Source: a virus
Lineage: Duplodnaviria > Caudoviricetes
IMG/VR virus record: IMGVR_UViG_3300025600_000030
Span: 1-44,140 of that record
Length of the DNA stretch: 44,140 nucleotides
Reading direction: 5' to 3' (one strand)
Of the stretch, positions 1-7,173 are shown in pieces. A program made the position numbers and the translations under genes. How positions within the stretch are numbered: position 1 is the first letter of the stretch; each line of letters opens with the position of its first letter. Under the pieces are notes generated by a model, which was not told the DNA's origin, did no database searches, and saw nothing but the letters and a program-made list of their open reading frames with translations.

Positions 1-134
1 AGGTCGAGGCTGCCGCCTACTGTTGGGTTGAAGCCTTCGGGTATGCTTGTAAGACTGTTGAGGTCGAGGCTGCCGCCTACTGTTGGGTTGAAGCCTTCGG
101 GTATGCTTGTAAGACTGTTGAGGCAGAGCCAGCC
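1..134. repeat. 60-bp tandem repeat, two identical units plus a degenerate end
   Basis: Bases 1-60 and 61-120 are identical; 121-134 is a diverged start of a further unit. Confidence 0.97.
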
Positions 135-197
135 TTTAACCTCTTGCGATTCGGGGATATTATGTCGTTTTAAAAAAGCGGTTAGTTTATCGTTCAT
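1..197 (-). CDS. LRR-like repeat protein, 5' part (runs off the window start and probably continues at the window end)
   Basis: ATG at 197 after SD-like AAGGAAGG and just after the stop of 215..1288. Reads MNDKLTAFLKRHNIPESQEVKGWLCL-NSLTSIPEGFNPTVGGSLDL-NSLTSIPEGFNPTVGGSLD with no stop. Confidence 0.85.
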   Translation of the reverse strand, partial: MNDKLTAFLKRHNIPESQEVKGWLCLNSLTSIPEGFNPTVGGSLDLNSLTSIPEGFNPTVGGSLD

Positions 198-214
198 GTT
201 CTTTTCCTTCCTTG

Positions 215-1288
215 TTAAAAAATTCTGTTTATTATCTCGAACAGATAGGTGTTATCAACCTCAAATTCGGGGTCGGATTCTTTCTTTGCAGCAATCAACG
301 CAATTGCTCTTGAGAAATACGCACTATCTACGCCTGCAAGTTGGTCTTGAAAAACCTTGAAGTCTTTGAGGTCAAGTTCATTGAGCTGTAAGCACATCTT
401 GAGATATTGCCCTGCGTTTATGAACCAACCGCGAGTAACGAATTTTCTCGACCTAATGATAGAGCAAAGCGGGTATTTGCTTCCGGTATAGTAAAGCTCC
501 TTGTTGATAATCGCCTCTAATGCGCGAGCGGGGAGATTAACCTTGTTTGCCTTGAAGTCATAGGAGCACGTGCAATGAACGAAATCGTAGTTCTCGTGAA
601 TTTGTGCAACGTCACCGTAGAAACGAATAACGATTTGAATTTTATCTGAAAGAGATATTGCATTAGTCGAGAAATAACGAGGACGATACGGAGCCTTTTT
701 CTCTTTCTGTTCTCCGTCCGTATTTTCTACGTCGGGCTCTGTTTCGTCGTCTATTGCGCTTTCGCCGTCCTCAACTGCAATTCCGGCACTCTTGATAAAC
801 GCTGTGATTCTACCCGTTGTTTCATCAGTTTGAATTTGAACCATTGGCTTGTCGGGGTGTTTGCGATTCCAAATATTCGCGTAGTATCTTGCAACTTTTT
901 CGCAAGACTCTCTAGTCTTGAAATATACGTCGTAGTCATTGGGAGATTCGCCTTGCAGGAGAGAAACAAGAGCGCCGCCTGTTATGATTGCGTTTTCTTT
1001 GATTTCTTTTTTGATTGCTTCGTCGTCGATATTTTTAAGCCAATCTGTCATTTTGGCATTTAAGGCTTTTGCTATGTTTTTGTTGTTCATGTTGACTTTT
1101 CCCTTTCGTGTCCTCATAATGAGGTTAGTTAGTCTTTCCTTTGCCCTTGTTGGAGTTACCGCTCTTACAGGGGCTTTTCGTTTTGCCATAAATTCTTCAA
1201 ATTCCTCGTCGGTCAACTCGAAAACATCAACAAGTTCCACCGAGCGCAGGTCTGAGTAGGTTTCGCCGTGTAATTCTTCTTTTGTCAT
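215..1288 (-). CDS. Pol-beta-superfamily nucleotidyltransferase-like protein (alternative start at 1090)
   Basis: IITGGALVSLLQGESPNDYDVYF fits the hG[GS]x(9-13)DxD NTase signature; downstream YDFVHC motif. A second ATG at 1090 follows AAAGGG. Confidence 0.65.
   Translation of the reverse strand: MTKEELHGETYSDLRSVELVDVFELTDEEFEEFMAKRKAPVRAVTPTRAKERLTNLIMRTRKGKVNMNNKNIAKALNAKMTDWLKNIDDEAIKKEIKENAIITGGALVSLLQGESPNDYDVYFKTRESCEKVARYYANIWNRKHPDKPMVQIQTDETTGRITAFIKSAGIAVEDGESAIDDETEPDVENTDGEQKEKKAPYRPRYFSTNAISLSDKIQIVIRFYGDVAQIHENYDFVHCTCSYDFKANKVNLPARALEAIINKELYYTGSKYPLCSIIRSRKFVTRGWFINAGQYLKMCLQLNELDLKDFKVFQDQLAGVDSAYFSRAIALIAAKKESDPEFEVDNTYLFEIINRIF
1143..1178 (+). terminator. Stem-loop followed by a T-run on the + strand (antisense terminator or regulatory hairpin)
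   Basis: GCCCTTGTTGGAG-TTACCG-CTCTTACAGGGGC then TTTT; 13-position stem with one mismatch and G-U pairs. Confidence 0.45.
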
Positions 1289-1569
1289 TGCTCAAACATA
1301 ACGCCGAGGTCGGAAAGAAAATCTAAAATCTTGTCCTTAAGCGACTTGTGGTTTTTTTCCAAAACGTCGTTGAACTTCTGACCCTCTGGAACCGTAGTTA
1401 ACACACCTTTTTTTTCAAGGCATTCCGTACAAACGTCCTTGCTTACGGTTGCGTATGTTCTGCGACCATCAGAGTTTTTAAGAATGTCTGCACGAATCGA
1501 TAGGTTAACCAGCTCGGACTCTCCGACACTTTTTTTGCAAATATCGCAGATGTAAGTTTTCGTAATCAT
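1285..1569 (-). CDS. Small Zn-finger protein
   Basis: CDIC...CTEC motifs. ATG at 1569 follows AAGGAG; the stop overlaps the next start. Confidence 0.7.
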   Translation of the reverse strand: MITKTYICDICKKSVGESELVNLSIRADILKNSDGRRTYATVSKDVCTECLEKKGVLTTVPEGQKFNDVLEKNHKSLKDKILDFLSDLGVMFEQ

Positions 1570-1602
1570 AATAATTCTCCTTAAAATCAATTTTGTTTTT
1601 AC

Positions 1603-1779
1603 CTAAATTATTGCGAATATAACCGCCATCGTTACGCACATGATTATGTAAGCTGCGATGATAGCCGTAAGCCCCTCGTTAAAGCCTAACATCACATTTG
1701 ACCCGCCCCCGCCTAACTTCACCACATAAGTGAGAAATCGCAGGAATCGCATTCTAAGGGCGCTGTAGCGTGTGCTCAT
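1603..1779 (-). CDS. Small membrane protein
   Basis: ATGA overlap with the upstream stop; hydrophobic C-terminal helix LTAIIAAYIIMCVTMAVIFAII. Confidence 0.55.
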   Translation of the reverse strand: MSTRYSALRMRFLRFLTYVVKLGGGGSNVMLGFNEGLTAIIAAYIIMCVTMAVIFAII

Positions 1780-2117
1780 AACATCACCGTTGTTCTTCCG
1801 CAAAGTCGCTCTTTTAGCGAGAGGTGGATTGTAACCGGAACGCGAGTGACATCGCCTTTGATTTTTGCGTTGACTTGGATAACAGAAACTGGTTCGAGGT
1901 TGTGCTCAAGTGCGATAAGATAGCGAATGTAGCCATCAAAAAGAACTCCCTTGTGATTGATGATAATCGGTTGGTCGAGGAATCCGTGCGTTTCGTAAAA
2001 TGCTTTAGCAAACGCAACTTTGTTTGGGTCTGGTGTCGTTGCGAGAAAGCTTTTCGGTACTTTGATTGCGCTCAGCGACATTTCGCGGTTGACTGCGTAT
2101 TGGTATATTTTCTGCAT
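1776..2117 (-). CDS. ParB/Srx-like N-terminal domain protein
   Basis: HGFLDQPIIINHKGVLFDGYIRYLIALEHNL resembles the ParB-N PIxV...DGxxR motif; TAATG overlap with the HTH gene. Confidence 0.6.
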   Translation of the reverse strand: MQKIYQYAVNREMSLSAIKVPKSFLATTPDPNKVAFAKAFYETHGFLDQPIIINHKGVLFDGYIRYLIALEHNLEPVSVIQVNAKIKGDVTRVPVTIHLSLKERLCGRTTVML

Positions 2118-2308
2118 TACTTTATCCCCCAATCAATGTTTTCGTACCTAACCTCGTAAACCTGTTCTATGCGCTTGAGTATCGGTATAGTCGGACTATA
2201 GACCCCGATTTCGTAGTTGTAAAGCGTTGGTAATGAGATTTCGAGTAGTTCCGCAGCTTGTTTTTGGGTTAAGCCTTTGAGTTGCCGAGCCTGCTTGAGC
2301 GTGTACAT
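2117..2308 (-). CDS. XRE-family HTH regulator, Cro-like
   Basis: LKQARQLKGLTQKQAAELLEISLPTLYNYEIG; strong SD AGGAGGTGA; first gene after the promoter. Confidence 0.9.
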   Translation of the reverse strand: MYTLKQARQLKGLTQKQAAELLEISLPTLYNYEIGVYSPTIPILKRIEQVYEVRYENIDWGIK

Positions 2309-2349
2309 TCATTCACCTCCTAAATTTGTTTTTTGCTCTGTATGGTCTT

Positions 2350-2378
2350 AATATACACCTATATTTTTGCATTGTCAA
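2350..2378 (-). promoter_or_regulatory. Sigma-A/70 early promoter
   Basis: TTGACA (2378-2373), 17-nt spacer, TATATT (2355-2350), about 40 nt upstream of the HTH gene. Confidence 0.85.
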
Positions 2379-2481
2379 TAGGTATTTTAGTGTTTTGCAT
2401 AAAAAGTTTTGTAAATGTTTCGGTTTGCCGTTTCAGAAGGCTGAGAGCTAAACCCTGCCAAGAGTTATTTAAAATAAGCAT

Positions 2482-2520
2482 AAAAAATCCCCCTAACGGA
2501 GTAATCCGAAAGGGGGATTT
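2482..2520 (-). terminator. Intrinsic terminator ending the late/lysis operon
   Basis: AAATCCCCCT-tt-CGGA-ttac-TCCG-tt-AGGGGGATTT followed by more T on the minus strand, downstream of the holin. Confidence 0.85.
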
Positions 2521-2566
2521 ATGTTATTAGTTAACCCACAATGAGTTTTGAATAATACTACGTAGG

Positions 2567-2860
2567 TTAAATGTTTGTGCTATCCGTTGGATTATTGACA
2601 ATACCAAATCCGACAAGGATTGTACCGATTGCGTTTAGGATAACGCTAAACGCATCGTTTGAAATACCGATTTTTGCAGGAAGTCCAAACGCAGAGCCTA
2701 TGAGCCAAATTGCACCTGCGACCGATACCCAAAGCGCCCAAGATTTGAAACGGTTCTGTTTGATTGCGGTTGTGACGGTTGCGGGGATTTCGGGCGTAAC
2801 TGTGGTGACTGGAACGTCTGCGACGATTGGAGCTTCTGTGATTACGGGAATGTCTGCCAT
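2567..2860 (-). CDS. Holin, phiLC3-like
   Basis: NRFKSWALWVSV, two hydrophobic helices, GIVNNPT ending; follows the endolysin. Confidence 0.85.
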   Translation of the reverse strand: MADIPVITEAPIVADVPVTTVTPEIPATVTTAIKQNRFKSWALWVSVAGAIWLIGSAFGLPAKIGISNDAFSVILNAIGTILVGFGIVNNPTDSTNI

Positions 2861-2861
2861 T

Positions 2862-4178
2862 TTATTTTATCTCCGTTGTAGTGATATATGGTTTATAACC
2901 TTTAGCGGTCAAGTCCGTTGTGAGTTGTTCCGCTGCGGTTTCGTCTGTTAGGTCTATTTGAACTTTGTACGTGATAGTTTGTTTAACGGGTTCGTCCACC
3001 CATTTGACATTGCCATATGCACATATAGCTTTTGCGGTTGCCAGTGCGAGCTTTGCTCTGTGCGTGTTGGACTTGAGCAGTAGAACATCGTTATGACAAG
3101 TGTGAAATGCATACTCAACAAGATAGGCTGGCATATTAGTGTATTTTAGCACCGCAAATCCACTGTGATATAATTTAGCACCAAACATCTCAATGCCGGC
3201 AGCCGACATTTGAGTAATCAAAAGATTAGCAGCTTTATCGCGCTCACCACCGGCTGCATACGTCCATACGCTCAAGCCGTGCGCTGTATCGTTCCACCCT
3301 GTACCGCCCGTTGCGTTGCTGTGGAGCGAAACAAATAGGTCTGCTCCGAATGTGTTTGCGGTTGCCGCTCTTGCGGTTAGGGACGGCGTGGAGCTGTCCT
3401 CTCGCGTAAGTTTAACGTTAACTCCGCAGCGGAACAAGTGTGTCCGAATGCGGTTTGCCATATCAAGAGCAAACTCATGCTCAAAATACGTACCGTCTGG
3501 GGATTGGTTCATTTCGTTTGTTCCGTGTCCGGGGTCAAGGCAAACTTTCATATTTTCACCGCTTTCACCATTATAATTGACATTAGTGGAGATAATGTCT
3601 GTTTTATCGAGTGTTACGCAAACAAAGTTACTGACTATGCGCGTGCTTGTAATTGTTTCTGTTGGTGCTATAACCTGCGAGGAACCGCCACCGTCGAGGA
3701 TAATTCCATTTACGCAACCGTTGGCAAAAAGCGTGTCGCGAGTCTGCGAGAGTTTCATAGCTCCGTTAGTGTCGCTTGTGCAAATGATTACCATTGTTCC
3801 GTCTGCTTTGAAACCGAAAGCGGTACGTCCTCGCGTTCCTCCTATTGATGGAGCTACGTCGTTGACTTGCTGTTTGGCGCCATTATGTATCACCCAAAAG
3901 CAAGACAAGAAGTTGTCAACACTCGGCATATCATCGGTGTGCGCTACGTGTGGAAGTTCGCCATTCTTCCACCCATAACCGAAATAGGTATATTGGTCGT
4001 TACTTAAAACTACGCCGTTGATTTTAACATCGCAGCAGGGCAGATATGTTGTCATATCAAATAATGAGCCATTGAACACAGCATCTGCACCTGTTACAGT
4101 TTTAACCTTTGCGGCGGTGTATCGTGTTTTACTGTTGTCAAATAGTGATACTTTTGCAGGTTTGCAAGTATAAATCAT
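2862..4178 (-). CDS. Endolysin: phosphodiester glycosidase (NAGPA/DUF2233-like) + Amidase_3 + short SPOR-like C-terminus
   Basis: N-terminal half has NGSLFD, RGRTAFG and ILDGGGSSQ. C-terminal half has LDPGHG, E, SLHSNA and LVEYAF. Tail YKVQI...LTAKGYKPYI. Confidence 0.85.
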   Translation of the reverse strand: MIYTCKPAKVSLFDNSKTRYTAAKVKTVTGADAVFNGSLFDMTTYLPCCDVKINGVVLSNDQYTYFGYGWKNGELPHVAHTDDMPSVDNFLSCFWVIHNGAKQQVNDVAPSIGGTRGRTAFGFKADGTMVIICTSDTNGAMKLSQTRDTLFANGCVNGIILDGGGSSQVIAPTETITSTRIVSNFVCVTLDKTDIISTNVNYNGESGENMKVCLDPGHGTNEMNQSPDGTYFEHEFALDMANRIRTHLFRCGVNVKLTREDSSTPSLTARAATANTFGADLFVSLHSNATGGTGWNDTAHGLSVWTYAAGGERDKAANLLITQMSAAGIEMFGAKLYHSGFAVLKYTNMPAYLVEYAFHTCHNDVLLLKSNTHRAKLALATAKAICAYGNVKWVDEPVKQTITYKVQIDLTDETAAEQLTTDLTAKGYKPYITTTEIK

Positions 4179-4188
4179 ATTGCGCCTT

Positions 4189-4500
4189 TCATTCGAGCGG
4201 CTGTATTTTGCGCTTGCTTATTCTCCGCTCGGCGTCTACCAATCGTATTTCGTGATTTGCAATTGTTGTTCCGTGCATCGTCAGTATTTTGCCGTGGTCG
4301 TCTAGCGTATTTTGAACACCTTTAATGTCGCACGATACCGATACTATTGCCGTACCGATTGTGTCTAGTTTGGTGTTAACAACGCCTCGCCATTCACCGT
4401 CTGCGGATATTTTCTTGTCACGTCCACTGAACCAGCCTGTTACGCCGACAATTGCGCCGATTGCCGCAATGGCCACCATTGCCCAGTTTAATATTGTCAT
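4189..4500 (-). CDS. Membrane-anchored coiled-coil lysis-module protein (XhlA/holin-like)
   Basis: N-terminal TM helix then a coiled coil; directly upstream of the endolysin. Confidence 0.6.
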   Translation of the reverse strand: MTILNWAMVAIAAIGAIVGVTGWFSGRDKKISADGEWRGVVNTKLDTIGTAIVSVSCDIKGVQNTLDDHGKILTMHGTTIANHEIRLVDAERRISKRKIQPLE

Positions 4501-4504
4501 TTGT

Positions 4505-4855
4505 TTACTCCCCCACTATGTCGATTGGAGTCTCTGGCCAGTCTGCGAGTTCAGAATTTAATATCGTAATGCTGCCTTTAGCGACGGAGTCTTTGTGGTC
4601 GTCTAAATTGACAACCGCAACCTCATACGCCCATACTCCTCGAGTTGCCTCGGCCGTGTCGGATCTCTCAAGCGTCACAACCGCTTTGCCGTCTATAATA
4701 TCCAATCCGTGGTCAATCGTTTTAGAAATGATGTGACCGCCGTTCGTCATGATAAACGCGACATCTAATCCTGTCAGGTTCATGGCGACGCCCGACTCCA
4801 TGACGGTAATGCCAATTGTTTTGTCTGTGCCGGCACACATATAAAATGCACCCAT
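4505..4855 (-). CDS. BppU-N-like beta-sandwich structural protein
   Basis: MNLTGLDVAF...DGKAVVTLERSDT...WAYEV pattern; ATG at 4855 after GGAGG. Confidence 0.55.
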   Translation of the reverse strand: MGAFYMCAGTDKTIGITVMESGVAMNLTGLDVAFIMTNGGHIISKTIDHGLDIIDGKAVVTLERSDTAEATRGVWAYEVAVVNLDDHKDSVAKGSITILNSELADWPETPIDIVGE

Positions 4856-4856
4856 A

Positions 4857-6434
4857 TTATCCCTCCATACTGTTAACGAAAGTGCCGACTGCTTCAAAGC
4901 CGGAAACGAATAAACCTGTGTCGTTGAAGCCTGGCGAAAACGTCCCCGTATCGCTGAAGCCTAATGTAAACGTGCCTGAATCCGCAAGGGCAAATGTAAA
5001 GTCTGCATAAATTTTTATATCGGCATGCTCGAAAGCAACGATTACACGTCCGATGCCCTCTGTGGCGCCGTCTCCCTGCAGAATTGCAACCACACATATC
5101 GTTTGTATGGCATCCGCGCTAAGCGCCGATGTGCCCATTAACCCAGCCGAGGCGCAAGTGACACGCATCGCTTCGGCTTCCATTGTCGCCATTCCATTTA
5201 AATTTGCGGCGGAAGCGACAATCTGAAATGCAAGCGCCGATAGTTCGCCCGTCCCGATCAGGACGGCACCGGATATTTTCACTATGACCGCTGCGGCCTC
5301 GACGCTTCCGGTACCGCCAAGGGTTGCGTGAAGGCTGATGTTCTTTATTTCTGCTGTTAAGATGCCTTCACCTGTCAGAGTTGCACCATCCAGCTTAATC
5401 AGTACGATATTCGCGGAGGTCGTCCCTGAACCTGTCAAAGTGGTATTAGCTACCTTGATAATGGCGGGAGTGACAATAAGGCCGGATGCCCCAGAGAGGT
5501 CTGCAACGGCCTCGCGGATTGGTACAGCTGAGCCCATGAGCGCGCTGGCCCCCACAAGATTGGCGCTGTCGGCAATTATCAGCCTTGCCGAGACGTGTGC
5601 TTCTGAACGCCCTGCAAGCTCCGCTGATGCCGTACGAATTGGGATAATGACGCTCGAGAGAACACCGGTTCCCGTTAATTGTGCCGCAATCCCCGGGCGC
5701 CTAACTGCGTTAGCCTGAATCGTGCTGGCACCGGAGAGCGCAGCTGATACTTTGGCCGTCCGCAAGGCAGCCGCCGAGAGCACCCCGGCTCCCACAATCG
5801 CAGAAATAGCTTCAGGTCTCCGTACGGCCGAGCCGGATAGGATGCCGGAGCCCGTCAGCGCCGTCACTGATTTGAACTTTTGCTTAGATGAGCCCGCGAG
5901 GTTTCCCGCCCCGCTTAACGCCGCCGAGGCCTTCTTAATGTCCACAATAGATGCGGAGGTGCTGCTCGCCCCGGTAAGCGCAGACGCAATTTTAAACTTT
6001 TGTTTTACTGATACTGCAAGAGCACCCGCACCGACCAGAGGTACGACAGCATGTTTGATTTTTATGGAACTAGCCGCAAGGCTTCCCGCTCCAGCAAGAG
6101 AAGCTGAAGCTTTGAACTTCTGCTTAGCCGATGTAGAGACGTCGCCCGCCCCAGTTAAATGTGCCGCAGCCTTTGCAATGACTTTCGCCGAGACGGTCAA
6201 CCCCGTTGTTCCAAAAAGCGGAGTTACGGCTATTTTCCTGTCCGTGGCCGTCGCGGATAACGTGCTAGCTCCGGCAAGATGTGCGATAGCTGGCTTTATG
6301 ACACTCGCTGTTGCTGATGCAGATCCCGAACCGTTCAGTGCAACAAACACGCTGGCCAACTGCTGCCATGTATAGCCGGAAACGGATGTCCAAGTGTTAG
6401 CACTATAAAAGTCCCACGTTCCCGGCTGTGACAT
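4857..6434 (-). CDS. Ala/Gly/Ser-rich fibre-like protein with 20-aa repeats
   Basis: More than 20 units of xAxLxGxGxLxxxAxxxxxA, an N-terminal Trp motif and C-terminal 10-aa Phe repeats. Confidence 0.7.
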   Translation of the reverse strand: MSQPGTWDFYSANTWTSVSGYTWQQLASVFVALNGSGSASATASVIKPAIAHLAGASTLSATATDRKIAVTPLFGTTGLTVSAKVIAKAAAHLTGAGDVSTSAKQKFKASASLAGAGSLAASSIKIKHAVVPLVGAGALAVSVKQKFKIASALTGASSTSASIVDIKKASAALSGAGNLAGSSKQKFKSVTALTGSGILSGSAVRRPEAISAIVGAGVLSAAALRTAKVSAALSGASTIQANAVRRPGIAAQLTGTGVLSSVIIPIRTASAELAGRSEAHVSARLIIADSANLVGASALMGSAVPIREAVADLSGASGLIVTPAIIKVANTTLTGSGTTSANIVLIKLDGATLTGEGILTAEIKNISLHATLGGTGSVEAAAVIVKISGAVLIGTGELSALAFQIVASAANLNGMATMEAEAMRVTCASAGLMGTSALSADAIQTICVVAILQGDGATEGIGRVIVAFEHADIKIYADFTFALADSGTFTLGFSDTGTFSPGFNDTGLFVSGFEAVGTFVNSMEG

Positions 6435-6446
6435 AGTTATGCCTCC

Positions 6447-6824
6447 TTAAGTAAGGGTTACTGTAAGCGCTCCGATTGCAATGTCGAGACTGTCTCCGGC
6501 TGACGTTGTTTTAGAAGCCGCCAGCGCGCCGCCCCAGATGAAGGTGCCGCCGGTTGCCGCTGACCATATGCCGATGTGTGTAACGGTCACGGCGGGCATA
6601 TTTGCAAACAGAACATCCGATGTGTTCGCTATTGCTTTTGCCGCCGCTGCAGTGCCGAATGTTGCTGCCGTTCGTGCATAAGAGCCGCCTGTCACCTCGT
6701 TTGCGCCTGTGTCGCCAGGGTCTGCAATATGTAAGGAAACATACCAACCACTGGGGAGCGTCGGCACCGTGCCGCGCAGGTAGGCGTTAAGAACCGCATT
6801 TGCGGTCGTTGTTACAAAAGCCAT
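6447..6824 (-). CDS. Small virion/fibre-associated protein
   Basis: YVSLHIADPGDTGANEVTGGSYAR...THIGIWSAATGGTF is a motif common in phage minor structural proteins; ATG at 6824 after AAAGGAG. Confidence 0.7.
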   Translation of the reverse strand: MAFVTTTANAVLNAYLRGTVPTLPSGWYVSLHIADPGDTGANEVTGGSYARTAATFGTAAAAKAIANTSDVLFANMPAVTVTHIGIWSAATGGTFIWGGALAASKTTSAGDSLDIAIGALTVTLT

Positions 6825-6846
6825 GATGTATTCTCCTTTAATCAAT

Positions 6847-6874
6847 AAAAATATCGCCCTCTGTGGCGAAAAAG
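6847..6874 (-). terminator. Weak intrinsic terminator after the XkdX-like gene
   Basis: TCGCC-acagag-GGCGA then TATTTTT. Confidence 0.4.
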
Positions 6875-7012
6875 TTAATGCGTATAAGCTTCGCTCGTTA
6901 TAATCTGATATTCCTCTGCGGTTATCCATTTGCCGACCGCATTACGTACTCGTTCTTTGCTCCATAGTCCACGGTCATAATAGCTTTTTGCAAGTTCAAA
7001 TTTATCGCTCAT
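6875..7012 (-). CDS. xkdX: XkdX-family small protein (absent from the ORF track)
   Basis: Hand translation MSDKFELAKSYYDRGLWSKERVRNAVGKWITAEEYQIITSEAYTH; ATGA overlap. Confidence 0.85.
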   Translation of the reverse strand: MSDKFELAKSYYDRGLWSKERVRNAVGKWITAEEYQIITSEAYTH

Positions 7013-7173
7013 AAATCTACCCCCTGTACCATGACGAGATAATCAAAGTCGGCTCGGAGTTTTTCAATCTCTGTTGGCTCTGGCGTAGGCTGTGTGAAAA
7101 AGTCGTCTGGAAACTCTTGTGGTTCAATCGTCTGCGTTCCGTCCGGCTTACATACAAGTACATCGATAATCAT
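7009..7173 (-). CDS. Small fibre-chaperone-like protein (absent from the ORF track)
   Basis: Hand translation MIIDVLVCKPDGTQ...PTEIEKLRADFDYLVMVQGVDL; ATGA-coupled to the fibre gene and in the usual pre-XkdX position. Confidence 0.75.
   Translation of the reverse strand: MIIDVLVCKPDGTQTIEPQEFPDDFFTQPTPEPTEIEKLRADFDYLVMVQGVDL

Noticed and set aside
1-134. CRISPR array or direct terminal repeat
   Set aside because: The units are contiguous with no spacers, are a multiple of 3 and code in frame; the end copies differ from the start copies.
28-360. 110-aa + strand ORF
   Set aside because: Antisense shadow of the repeat and the NTase; no SD.
5338-6375. Long + strand ORFs
   Set aside because: Antisense to the Ala/Gly-rich repeat gene, whose codon bias suppresses stops.
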